Positions 23,961-36,769 of a DNA stretch of 64,000 nt are shown piece by piece. The notes beneath the pieces were generated by a model. The model was not told the DNA's origin and made no database searches. It saw only the letters and a list, made by a program, of their open reading frames with translations. Position 1 is the first letter of the stretch, and each line of letters begins with the position of its first letter. Position numbers and translations under genes: made by a program. The stretch comes from Chlorokybus atmophyticus (taxonomy: Eukaryota; Plantae; Mesostigma and Chlorokybus algae): NCBI GenBank assembly GCA_009103225.1, contig RHPI01000193.1, positions 216,294 to 280,293 on the forward strand, read 5' to 3'.

Positions 23961-24689
23961 CCAATCTGTTGCACACGTAGCTTTTTGGCCTACAAGAACA
24001 GTACTGCTGTCCGTGTCTCTGTAACAGAGACTGTAGCGTGCCAGAACTAGCTACAGGCTAGGGCCAAAACCGCGGATCCCATGAAACCGCAGCAGGTTTC
24101 GTTGACATTCCCACGAAAAACTGGTCTTGCTAATGTTTTGCCCCTGCTGCGTGCATGCATGCGTGTCGTGAAGCATGCTTGCCTGTGCGTGCGATTTCCA
24201 GTGAAACCTCAGCTGAGCGCAGTTTGCTCAAACTTCACTGCGAGCTTTAAGCAGCAGCAAAGAGCAGGCTTAGAGCTAATGCAGCAGTAGGCTTACTGCT
24301 TGGCTGCTGGAGTGCTTGGCTTGGTTGCTAAGCTTAGCTTGGAGCCTAGCAAGGTCAGTTGCTGGGTTGCTGAACAGGCGGCGGCGGAGGAGCGAGGCTT
24401 GTGAGCCTGTGTGGCGTGCTCTGCTGTTGTTAGTATTGTCTCGTGTGAAGGCACACTTATGGTTGTGAGTTTTGCTGTGTGCTTGTGCTGAGCTTGCTGG
24501 TGGAGCTGGTAAGGTGCTTCTTGCAGAGGCGGACGCAGTGGTTGCAAGCATGGGTGTGCTTTGCCTTTGCTAGCTGTTGGCTGTATTGAGCACGTTTCTG
24601 TGCTAGACTAGCAGTTGTAGTGTTAGCTGCTGGAGAGACGAGGCTTGCGTTGGGTGGGCGGTCAGGCCGTTGCCAACCTCCTCGTGGGC

Positions 24690-27600
24690 ATGGGCCTCCG
24701 CGGGGACGTCTTCACGGACGACTTCCTCGACGGCGATGTGGCTCTGCAGGACATGCTGAACTATATTGAGCGTGGGGTACGTAACTCAATCACCCAGCTT
24801 GGCTTTCAGGACTTGCCTCACACACGAGAAGCGCACGGACAGCGCAATGCTTGTGCGTGTTTGCATGCTGGTTTGAAAGTCCAGTCTACGCCTACTTAGC
24901 TGTAGCTGTACGTAGCCACTTTCATCATTGCCTTGGACTTTTGTAGCACTCGAGATTTTATGATAACAGCTTGATTACTGAGGGCAGCACTCATGGCTTA
25001 GCTTGCTATTCAAGCCATTTTTGGAAAGAGGTGTCTCAAGTTGTGTTGCTGGAAAGGGCGTTTATGTAGCAATGCAGCCGTGCTGCTGTTTGCGTGAGTG
25101 TGCGTGTTTCGTGTGTGCACACACGGTTGTACACAGTGTGAGCCAGTATTCATCATAAGTACCTTCATTGCGTCCGCAATGTGTGTCAAACATAGCCACA
25201 TGCACGGACAGGTGCTGATGTGACAGCAGCTGAGCGTATGCTTCATAGCTAAGCGTCAAGCTCTGGACACCTACAATGCGTCTTGTCACTAGTATGGTTG
25301 CGGGTTATGGGACAGTTTGAGACGCGTTTCTGCTTTGGTTATACTATCAGCTGGCGACCGTTTTGCCTTCAAACGGTCGCCAGCTGATAGTATACAGTAC
25401 GCTGACGAAGTACAGCTGTACTGCATGCATGTATTAACAGGGCTTGCCTACAGCTGAGTACAGTTGTCCTGGTTTCTTGCGGCTCGTGCGTGACGTCAGA
25501 AGTTCAGCTCAACACCATGGCTATAGCCCTCTGACTCATGCACATAGTTTACTCCGCTGCAAGTGCACATGTGCGCAGCTTTTCAGTGCTAGTGTCAAGC
25601 TGAGGCACGGGTCAGCAGCTATGACGCTGGAGTCATGGGTGGGTTTGCTTGACTTGGCTTCTCTGTGGGATGAGCAGGATGGACGCACTGACGATCTCAG
25701 CTCAAACCCACTCTCTGCTGTTCTGCGTGGAGTTGCTGGGCTCAACAGCACCAGCAGCATCACCACCGCCGCCAACATCAACAACAACCACAACAACCAC
25801 AACAACAACAGTGGCTTGGTGCTTCCTTCCATCTCTGCATCCCCCTCCACCGTCATCAACATGCCCTCTTTGCCCCTCTTGGAAACCCGCAACCATCAAC
25901 AAGGTCCGTACACTCTGGTCTCAATCGTTACGATTGATATGTATAACACAGCTGACTTACTGATAAAAGTTTTGCAATAAGACTTGTCAAGTACCACTAA
26001 CATGTGGCTGTCTGCAGTGCATATTGTGCCTGCACCGTTCAGCACGCAAGTCACACTGAAGCAAGAGACAGTGCAGGTACACAAGTCTAGCTACCAACAT
26101 GTGCTTGTAAGAACTCGTTGTCGTAGAAACTTCTCAGGTGCACTGTTGCAGCCTCTGATGGAAGTGTTGCTTGCAGTACCTCCCTGAGCGGAGCCATAAC
26201 CAACTGTTTGAGAACTGGCCTGTGGCAAAAAGTGAGCAGACAGCCACTTCCAACATAGACTCTGTCCAAACACCGACTGCTGGTGAGCACTAACCTCTCA
26301 TTTAAGTGTCATGCACTTCAGTATGGAGACTTACAACTGGCATGGCTGATGAAGCAACAGAGTAACAATGATTTTGCCATCTGCTACAGGCTCTTCCAAG
26401 ACAAAGAGAGGGAAGAAGCGCGCACTCTCCACATTGCAACCTTTGGTACGCATTCACTGCTGCATGCAACATATCTTGATGTACGTCCTGCATGTGCCCG
26501 TTTCATAGCCATAGCAACAGTCTATAGACCAGCTTCAAGCACAGTCCTGTTGTTGGTGACATGAGTCAGTCAGTTAACTGTGTGTTGCCAACAGTTTGTG
26601 ACTGTTACTGTTGGCAACCAAACTGTTCCTAAGCTTGCTGCGCTCTGCATTTAGCGCAACAAGCTTGCACATGTCGTTGCCCCAAGCATGCTTTGCCGCC
26701 ACACACATCTTCTCTTTGTCAAAAGCAGCGAGCGGTACAACATGCAAACCCAACTCATACTCCGCCCCCCGCCCCCGCCCCCGCACTCACACTCGCATTC
26801 CCACCCGTCCAGCGAGTCAACAACAATGCAGTTGCATCTGCTTCAATCGCTGCAACTCGGCCGCCCGGTCACACTGCGCCCGTGCGTCGTGTGCGCGTGC
26901 GCCAAGCTAGGGAGACCGCCGAAGCCGAACGGGTAATGACAAACAAGTCATATGTGCACGTGCGTGCGTGCATGCGTGCGTGCGTGGTCATATGATTCCA
27001 ATTTTCTTCAAGTCTTCCACCAAATTCCAAACCAACCGGTAACTAGGATATAGTATAGGCGGCCCGTTCGAGCATTTTCCCTGTTGTTCTGTCCAGTTGC
27101 GTCTGTTGTACACACACAGTCTATTTGCCAGCTGTAGTGAGTCTCCTACTTCTGGGCGAGTGCGTGAGTGGTATTAGATGCAGGGTTTCATGCAATCCTA
27201 TTACCCTCAAGTACCCTCCAAGCTAAGTCGAAGCGGCGCATGTATTCAAGTTACAAATGACAGTGCTGCGGCCGATCGGGTAAGTTGGCCCCTTTTGCAA
27301 CAACACATACACACTTTTTGCGCGCGCTTAACTTCGCGCCCGCCTCGCTACGCGTGTATCATCATCGCCATCCACCTGGATGGCCACGCCTCCGCCCTAC
27401 GCTTGTGATGTTGTCCCCATCTGTTTACCATTGTATGATGTTTGTGTTGGAGGATCTGCGGCTGTCATTTGCATCCTGCTGTGCGACTCACTCACACAAC
27501 CCACGGCGCTGCAGAAGAGGCGCACGCGCATGAACGAGCGGTTTGAGAAGTTGCGGCATCTTGTCCCCAACGGCAGCAAGGTATGTTGATGTGTGACTCA

Positions 27601-28725
27601 TGCAGAGATGATTAATGCTTGTTGTGTTGGCTAACAGCGAACACCTCACGCTCTGCAGCAATCCAAGGCAGCAGTGCTGGGAGCAGTCATCGAGTACGTG
27701 AGGCAATTGCAAAAGCTATCTGCAACGGTATGTTGTCATATGCATTCATCAAGAGTTGCCAAACATCATTAACTTCACACTTCTGACCTGTGTGTGCGCT
27801 CTCAGCTTGATAAGCGTGACGTTGCGGAGCCCAACAGTCCGTGCAGCGGCGAGTCCTCAGACACACCCTCAGACTCAGTGCGTATCTATAACCACATAAC
27901 CAACACCACTGCATTGCACCAATTGTTGCTGATGTGTTTGTGCATCATAATGTCAAACAGGTGTCGAGACCCAACTCGGATGGCGAGTGTGGACACGAGC
28001 GGATGCGTCGCACCGACAGCATGGTGTCCTTTACAGAAGACATTCTGCCAACCGGAGAAGAGGTCCACATACGTGACAAGGGTGACAAAGTGCTCATTGG
28101 GGTAAGCATGTTGCTGATCACAAGCACATTATACGTATTACTTGTTATGCTGTATGACTTTACTCAATGCCACTCACTCTGGTTTTCTGTACCATCATCA
28201 GATACACTGCAAGAACAGGCGCGGGCTCTCGCATGACATCCTACAAGTCATGCACGACCTTCATCTGCAGGTACAAGTTGTTATGCACAATGACAGAGAA
28301 TCCAAGCAAACCACCACGTGATTGTTAGTGACACCGTTTTGCTATGTAACTACAGGTGCTGCATGGCCACATGAAGACTCAAGACGACATGCTGCAGCAC
28401 TCCTTCTATGTCAAGGTACATTGCAAGTGTTGACACTGAGCACTCACACACATAGCAACATACACACATGCACGCGCACACGCACACATGCAAGCCAACA
28501 ACATCTCCTGCGCAGGTGACACAGGGCGAGTTGTCGCATGAAGACATGCAGAAGGCCCTCGACGCCGTGGTGAAGTTCGACGCGATGCACGCCAAGAGCG
28601 ATGCTAAAGAGAGCAAAGCTAGCTCTCCCAAACACGCCACTACGTGCGCCAACACTGCCACGGCAATGGCACAGACCCAAAGCATCTGCGCAACGCTGTC
28701 CGGCAACACCACCGCATGTGCATAA
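24690..28725 (+). CDS. bHLH transcription factor with C-terminal ACT-like domain (multi-exon)
   Basis: ARETAEAER|KRRTRMNERFEKLRHLVPNGSK|QSKAAVLGAVIEYVRQLQ (26.9-27.73 kb). IHCKNRRGLSHDILQVMHDLHLQ|VLHGHMKTQDDMLQHSFYVK is ACT-like. Stop at 28723-28725. The N-terminal exons and start (24690 or 25621) are uncertain. Confidence 0.88.
25340..25394. repeat. Perfect 55-bp hairpin (24-bp arms), possible micro-MITE, in a bHLH intron
   Basis: TATACTATCAGCTGGCGACCGTTT-TGCCTTC-AAACGGTCGCCAGCTGATAGTATA. Confidence 0.9.
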
Positions 28726-28749
28726 GGACATACACATCAACATACACTG

Positions 28750-29560
28750 TGTTGGCTGCTTCTCCCTTCCTACCCTGCTATGAAGAAGAAAAGGGCCAGG
28801 CTACAGTATCAATAAGAGGTGCTCTGTGCCTGGGGTTCATAACTTCCACCTTACGTGTGTTCGTTCTGGGAGACGTCGTGGAAGTTTACCATCACGTTGC
28901 GTGTAGAGTAGTACCATATGTTGTGACTTTCGTAGTGACGTTCTGTAGTATATTTATCATCTGGGGTGGGTTGTGATCAGCCCTGGTATAAGTCGATAGG
29001 CTACTCCTCGTAGTGCTATAAAGACGTAACTGGAATAAGTGTGGCTCGCACTGAGGGCATGTTCGTAGGTGGCAGTTTGCAGCTTGGCGGTACAGCTTGT
29101 AAGCGAGACTAATAAGAAGCCAAGTATTTGTTGGGTTATGCCGATGTGTGTGCATGTGCGCGTGTGTGTGCCTGCATGACTGTGTCTGATTGCAACATTG
29201 TGTGCGCGTGTTTATAGGTTCATGCGTGTGTATGTCTTTGCAGCAATGCAGTAACGGATGTGTATGATGTTGTGAGAAATGGAATGGAAGCCAGAACTTC
29301 ACTAACCTGTATCAAGGCTCGCAAACTATGTCACCGCGCAAAATCAGTTGATGCCGTATTTTGTGCCAATGGAAGCCACTAAGGGCAATAATTTCATCCG
29401 CGCGCACAGCACACTCATTTAACGTGTGCCTCTTGCACTGGGCACCGGCAGTAGCATAGCCCGTAATGTGTACAGGTAACTTGATTGAATGTATGCCTAA
29501 CGGGTTGGGGGCAGCTGACTTGTGTGCGTAGCCCGAAGGTGGTAAGTGCTGCTCTTGTGT
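28750..29560 (-). pseudogene. Unidentified decayed multi-exon gene
   Basis: Exon-like HLPPSGYAHK...KRHTLNECAVRADEIIALSGFHWHKIRHQLILRGDIVCEP* followed by a GT donor. Downstream frame YESHNIWYYSTRNVMVNFHDVSQNEH has several TAG/TAA stops. Confidence 0.3.
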
Positions 29561-30135
29561 CGTAGTGATGGTTAGTCATGCGGGTGTCATGCCTATCATG
29601 CTTGTCGCAAGCACCGCATTGCACTCTTTGTACACTGTACCGACAGTGCTTTGCTGTGATGTAAATGACCTACACATGCAACACCCAGTCACCAGGCACA
29701 CAGTTGCGTACTGCTGACGTTGACACTGCAACCCTGGCAGCGTCAACAGCAGCAGGGGCGCAGACTGCCAAGAGAGAAGCAGGGCGGCGGGTGGAGAGAG
29801 AGCGAGAGAGCAGAGGGAGGGGGAGTCCGTCTGCTTTGTGCTGCTGCCACAACTACAGCCACACCGGTGCCTAACTGTGGGGACTCTACTTGTGTACAGG
29901 TAACTACGCATGCATGTTGACTAACGGGGCAAGGGCTTAGCGAAAGTAGCTACCTAGTTTGTATAGGTAGCCCGGTGGTGTAAGAAGTTGTTTGCTGGCG
30001 TGTGCAAGTGTGCGTGTGTGTGTGCATGTCATGTTCACAATGCAATGGGGTCACATGCATAACATTGCATATATGTTACACACAGACCAACAGCTTACCA
30101 ATAAGCGAGGCCACCATGCCGAGTGCGCGGCAGCG

Positions 30136-30376
<241 letters not shown>

Positions 30377-31673
30377 TTCGTGTCAACATTTTTATGCTTA
30401 CATAGCATGAGTGCTTGCGCACAAAGGTTGCTTTGAAGCTCGCATCGGACACATGCTTAATATGAAGGGAGGCGCGTCATGTATGTAATCATGTCTTCTA
30501 GCGCGAAGTTGGGGCAAGTTGGTTGAAATAATTGCGATACTACACTACATGGCCACCATATAAAGTTGTTAAACTGAATGCTATAAAAATGCATAAAGGC
30601 CCGCATAGCACCATTTGTTCATAAAGAAACTCTGCTTGCAAGCTTTCAGCAAAGAAGATTGCAAGAACGTAAGGCTTCAAAGGTTGGAGCATTGAGTATG
30701 AATTGCACATATTCGCTATTTCCCTCGGGGGCATGCCTTCATGTCATATCAATAAATGCGCGCTATGTGGCATGCGTCAACAAATCATGTCATATGCTTA
30801 TCCCACATTCAACACGAGTAATACGATTGTCTTACGGAGCTTTACTTATTGTAGTGTAAGTTTGTAATAAGGCCTACTTTGCAAAGTACACAGCAGTTTT
30901 GATGTGCATATCATATATAACGGATAACGTGGCGTATATGCGCATGCACTCATTAAATGATGCATTTGTTCATGACGAGGTTATAAAGGTTTACGCATTC
31001 GTTACTAGTTTGCTAAGTCATAATAGAGGTCTGCATTGTGTGCTTTCACGCATACCAACTTAATATATATCTTGAAAGTCCCTTTTGTTATATGCAAACT
31101 TCCGTGGCCATTTATGATTTTATATATGATTTTATGTATGTATATAAAATATTCTGTAATATAATGCCCCGCCATATGTATAATGTTGTATAGAACATAA
31201 TATATTGCATATGTATATGTATATATGATTTTATAAGACGACCCAAAATACACGTTCTGCCACAGTGCCACATATATGACGTAATAACAATATGTATACA
31301 CTGCCTCGAGTGGTAATCTTGGGCATTCATAAAGCGCCTCAGCAACTGCTAACAATGCTCACTTATCTTTGTGGGTTGTAGAAAAATGCAAAATGACAAT
31401 TAACACGTACATGAAGTCCAGTAGGATGCATGTGAACTCACGACGTTAGGGTAGGTCAAGTAGGCCTCGACTTTCGAACAACGTTGCAACGCACACAGTG
31501 GGACCAAACATCCATATCATCCACATCATCCAATCCCGCTGTTATCATGCGCATTGGCATTGAACCTGCTCCACCGTGCAGGAGCTCGGCCTTTTCTTGC
31601 ATTGCCTCGGAGTGCTTTAAAGCATTGAAACACATTGCTCGTCGTCGTTGTCGTCGTCGGCGGCGGCGGCATC

Positions 31674-33836
31674 ATGCATTCGCCCATCTCCATGCCGCTA
31701 CTGTCTCTGCTGCTGCTGCTTGCCGGCGCCGTCAGCAACGCGCTGGCGACTACGTGGGTCGTCGGACAGGTCAGCAGCCAGAGAGATAGAGTCACAGTCA
31801 TGCTGGTCATGGTTTTGGTTACTATCATGGGTCATAGTCATGGTCATGGTCATGGTCATGGTCATACTTATGGTCATCGTCACAGCTAGACTTGTAGTCA
31901 AGGTTTAGATACTGTTACGGTACTTGCTAGTACTAGTCTTAGTTCCAGCCATAGTTCTAGCCATACTGATAGTCCTAGTCCTAGTCACAGTCGTTGACAC
32001 AGTCTTAGTTACAGTCATCCGTCCTTCTTCACATGGCCATTGTAATGCTGCGTGTACGCACGTACGTATATGCATGTCTTTGTCTGTGGTGACCTCAAGT
32101 GCTTGTGTGCTGAGTGTGTGCTGCAAAGGGTGCTGGCGCCAGCGAGCAATGGGACTTTGGCGTGAATTTCGTCCAGTGGGCACGCGGGAAGACCTTCCAT
32201 GACGGGGACTCATTGGGTAAGCACCGCAACTGAAGTTGATATTGTACACACGCACATCCACACACACCCACATATGCAGTGTTCAAGTACCCTGCCTTCT
32301 CCCACGACGTGTGGCGCTTCCCCTCCGCGTCCGCCTTCGCCGCATGCGACTTCACCAAAGCGCGACAGGTTGCAACGGTGCAAGCGGGGCAAGGAGGGGG
32401 ATTTGTGTACCACTTGAATGAAGGAGGAGGTAAATGTGTGTGTGTGTGTGGGTGTGTGTGTTGGAGAGTTGTGTGGGGCAGAGTGTGTGATAAGATTGCT
32501 TGGTTGTAGGGAAGACGTACTGGTTTGGGTGCAGTTTGGAGTTTGGGGGCCACTGCCGGAACGGCTTGAAGGTATGTCATTCTCACCAACACGACACACA
32601 ACTATGAATAATGTGTGTTGATATGTGGGTCCGTCGCAAAGGATGACAGGCAGAAGTAAATATGACAACATCAGTTTTGCGACTAAGTGATGTGCAAGCT
32701 ATGATGCCATAGTATGTACTATTGGATGCAAGTATACGCCATGATCTATGCATACGATGCAATGTGTTGCTAACAATAGTGTTATGACCAGTGCAATACA
32801 GCTTGTAACAGTGCACCACAACAGGTTCAAGTGACAACAACCACAAACACAAGTCCCCCCCCGCCGGCGTGTAAAAGCCGTTGGAGCGGAGTTGTGGCAG
32901 GATTGGCTGTCGCCTTTGCGGGCGGCAACTTCGCCAATGGGGCTACAACTTACGGGTGAGAGAGAGGGCTGTGTATGTGTATTCCACTAAGACACGTCGC
33001 GTGCAGCTGGTTTCGCGTGTTGGTAAGAGTGCATGCATGCGCATGCACAAGCACACCCACATGCACACGCACGCACACTCGCTCAATTATGCAGGCACAT
33101 GCACGTGGACGCGCAAGTGCACGAACACATACACATGGACACCTGCACACCTGCACTTGCATGGGTGGGCCCGCGCATGCACATACAGACAAACGTCGGT
33201 CTGCATGTGTGTGCATGCATGCATGCATGTGTCATACGCATATATGTTCAGATGTGTATACACGCGTACATGTGCATACTTACATATATGTGTGTTCGTA
33301 GCTTCACAGTCACTGCACGCAGCCTGAAGTACTTCGCCATACAGGTGATTCTATTGCATGTAACTCCTACACATGTCTACCGCTTCCACCGTTTTCCTTC
33401 TGACCCTTGTCTCCTCACAATTCCCATTACAGTTCCCGCCAACTTCATGCAATGTCCAAGTGGTGAGGTACGGTCCGCGCCCCTCTGGCCGGCCTTCCCC
33501 AGGAAGCATCAAAGTCATCGGCGGGTATCGCTATTTCATGTGGAACTACGGTTGGACTGACTCGGGCCACACGCGATCCGTCACATACCAGGCAATGACG
33601 CTGTGTGTGTGCGTGCGCACGTGCGTGTATGCGTGTTTGCGCATATTTGTGCATGTGTGCGCAATGGCGAAGTGGAAAGTTCATGGCATGGTGCTGCTGC
33701 TCAAGCATTTCCAATGCAGGTCGTGGTGAAGGGCCGGTTCAAAGTAGGTTCAAGGAGGTTCCTACTAGCATCGAACAGTGTTCAAGGCGGGAGGCAGATT
33801 GCAGGGAGCGGCCTTTGCGGCCCGAGCTCATGCTGA
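31674..33836 (+). CDS. Secreted phytocyanin (plastocyanin-like domain) with Thr/Pro linker and extra C-terminal domain
   Basis: Signal peptide MHSPISMPLLSLLLLLAGAVSNALA. TWVVG...WDFGVNFVQWARGKTFHDGDSLVFKY...HDV...CD...YWFGCSLEFGGHCRNGLKVQV. Exons join in frame to the stop at 33834-33836. Confidence 0.9.
31795..32010. repeat. CATGGT/CTAGTC-type hexamer microsatellite in phytocyanin intron 1
   Basis: (GTCATG)n at 31835-31870 and degenerate (CTAGTC)n at 31930-31995. Confidence 0.8.
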
Positions 33837-34539
33837 TTACCACAGACACAATTTTGGATATGTACAAACTACTCCTCACTAGCTCTAGCAATATACGAAA
33901 ATAGACCAGATACATATACTTTACGGGATGCATCTACCGAGGTACATAGGTAGTTGTGTGGTGTTGCGATACAATGGTACATATATGGTCAATTATGCTG
34001 ATATATGGATGTTGCGAGGCGTGTGTTAGTTTGCAGCGAGGGGTTTGAGCCGTGCCCTGCCTTTGCTGTGACTGTTTGCATTGTATGTTGACCTTGATAA
34101 GACGTGCATTTTGCATTGCCTGTCTGCAGTGAAGTGCGAGGTGCATTGCACGCATGCATCCTTACTAACATCATAACGGTGAAGTGCACAACAGATGTTG
34201 CTCTGATATGTGAAAGAACACAAGCACACTAGTAAGACTGCACTACCACAGACATGGACATGGACATGGACACACAGAGCAACACAAAAGTATGAGTGAC
34301 TGCTTATGCCCGATCGCACAACATAGAAAGAGTTTGCGCGGCGTCTTGGTAACCCAGAAACATGGTTGCCAACAGAACGAGCTACCAAGAACTCTGCAAT
34401 CACAGCTGCATGCATGCCGTATCATGGAGCCAAACAATCCCAACAACTGCGCGGTGATGACATGCAAGGCGCCACACAACCAATGCGGACACAGTGGGAG
34501 AAAAGCAATTGTATTACATGAAACAAGCAGTCGATTGTT

Positions 34540-35883
34540 TCAAGGACGCCTGGGGGCGCCGCGATCCGCGAATGGCGCGCCAAAGGGAGGCTTGTTGAAG
34601 CCACCGACTGCAGCCTGTGTGCAAGTCACAAGCATCAGTAACAAACAACAACGCCAAGCCCATCAATCATTTTTATTCATGGGAATGGGTTGAAGTAAAT
34701 GAAGGTAGAGTGAGAGCAGCGTAATGCAATCGTGCCCACCGCACATGCTTACACCCGCGCGCACACTTACATGCGTGCAGACACAAAATCGTGCGCAAGC
34801 ACACATGCATGCTGATGAACGAGAGCTGCAGTCAACTACCTGCTGCTGCGTGACGCCGGGAAGGTTGGCCATGTTCATGGCGCGCAGCATGTCCATGGTG
34901 TCCTTGTCAACCTGTTGCACAAGTATTGTCAATACTGATGTTACCCAACGACTATCAGTGTTATTAACAATGCTGTCAACCACAAACTTGAACGCAAATT
35001 TTGAACTGTTATCTCAACTCACCTCAATCATCTCAGTGTTGAGCGCAGACTCGTCGGGCACGAAGTCCATGCGCCTTTCCCTCTCCTCCTCTTGCAGCTT
35101 CAGCGAGATGCCGCGCACGGGCCCGCGCTGGATGCGCTTCATCAAATGCTGTGTAATGAAAGAGTTAAGCAACATTGTTATCCCCTTACTACATGAGAAT
35201 ATGTGATCACGCACGGTGGTGAAGCCGGCGATCTTGTTGCGGAGGCGCTTGGAGGGGATGATGGCGACCTCCTCGGCGATCTTCTTGTTGGTCTGGAAGT
35301 CAAGAGTGAGACGGGCATAGTACTTCTCAATAATCACGCGCGACGCCTTCTTCACGGTCTTTGTCCGAACGCGACCCTATCAGGAAGAGTTGAGTAACAC
35401 AAACTATATCAAATTTGCTGTGCTCGTGCACATGTCCAATCGTTGAACAACAAACCTAACAATAGGAAAGGCAAATTGTGACCTGAATATGACAATGCAC
35501 ACACTAGCTAGCAAGGATTTCAGGTGATAGCAATGTTGAAGAGTGCAAAGAAACAGGCTGATGAACCAACCTAATGCATATGTGTTGCCAAATAATCGTT
35601 GACTCAGCGAGCATTGGTTTTGGTAAGTTGGTAACGACAAGGCGGACCGATGAGCATTGCACGCATGGCTTAAGCTAGCAATATCAGACCGAGGCAAGCT
35701 AGCAGCAGCACTTCACATGAGCTCGCAACAGGAGCAACATGAACCCCACTGCATGCCTCACGATCCCCTGGCCTGAGCACACGACCAGGCAGATCAAGTG
35801 CTCAGGCCAAACCCCACGAGCCAGGCCAAGCACAGGCAATCCCCCACCAGCACACCCCAACCCCGCAAATCGAACCCTACCAT
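34540..35883 (-). CDS. RPS17: 40S ribosomal protein S17 (eS17), 5 exons
   Basis: M|[54 protein letters not shown]|[31 protein letters not shown]...|[12 protein letters not shown]-only first coding exon at 35881-35883. Stop at 34540-34542. Confidence 0.97.
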
Positions 35884-36018
35884 GATTGGCAAGCTTCAGC
35901 TCCGTCCAAGCGGTTCCCCTGAGATCCCGGCCCCGCCCCGCACGGCCCCGCTGATGGACCCCACGCCGTGCCCGACGGCGGCGGCGGCGGTGGCGAAAGA
36001 GACCTAAAGCGCCAACGC

Positions 36019-36027
36019 AAACCCTAA
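36019..36027. promoter_or_regulatory. Telo-box AAACCCTAA in the RPS17/phosphatase intergenic region
   Basis: AAACCCTAA ~140 bp upstream of the RPS17 ATG. This element is typical of plant ribosomal-protein promoters. Confidence 0.65.
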
Positions 36028-36769
36028 CTCAAAGGCGGCGTTTGGTGACTGAGGTAGAAGCAGTCAGTCACCAAACAGAGCCAACACATTCCCCCTTTCT
36101 GGACAACTGAGGCAAAAGGGGTCAGTCATTAGAGTAAGGTGCTCTGTTGTGACTCGGGCAAGGGAGGTAAGGTACCAATATCAACAAGAATGGCGACTGA
36201 CCCCCCGAGTCCGATACCATCTTCAAACGTGCTTGATATACTAGACGACAATGCGATATCTGACGCGTGCGGCAGAGGGGTAGAAGAAAGGCTGTGCAAG
36301 CACAGTGAGGTCACTATTTCCCGCATTTTTATCGCCCTCCGCCGCCTCCTCCGCCGCCTTGTGGTCGTCGTCGCGATCGGCGGCGTGGTGGCTGTCGTTT
36401 CCGTCCAGTCTCAAGGCTTCTGCTGCAGTATTGGGGGGGACTGGATGCTTTGGTGGTGGTGAACTTGCTTCCCGCAAGAGTGAACCGGCTCGGCCTTTGC
36501 GCTGCTTGCTTAGGGCTGCCCTGCTTGCTTCACAAGCCTGAGGCACAGCAGGTCAGCTGGCACTCGTGCCATACTTTCTCTGAATATGTGCATTGTGTGC
36601 TCAGGCAGCGCATGAACACAGAATGATGATTTGATTGCTGTGGTGCAGAATTGGTGTCTTGCATCACTGCTGCCTTATTGTCACTCATCCGCTGAGAATT
36701 GCGCATGCGGCTGCGCAGTCAGCTGCTTGCATTGGTTACGAAGCTTAATGTTATTCTTGTTTGACAGAC

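Noticed and set aside
35380-35880. Intronic snoRNA in RPS17 intron 1
   Set aside because: No box C (RTGATGA) found to pair with the CTGA present.
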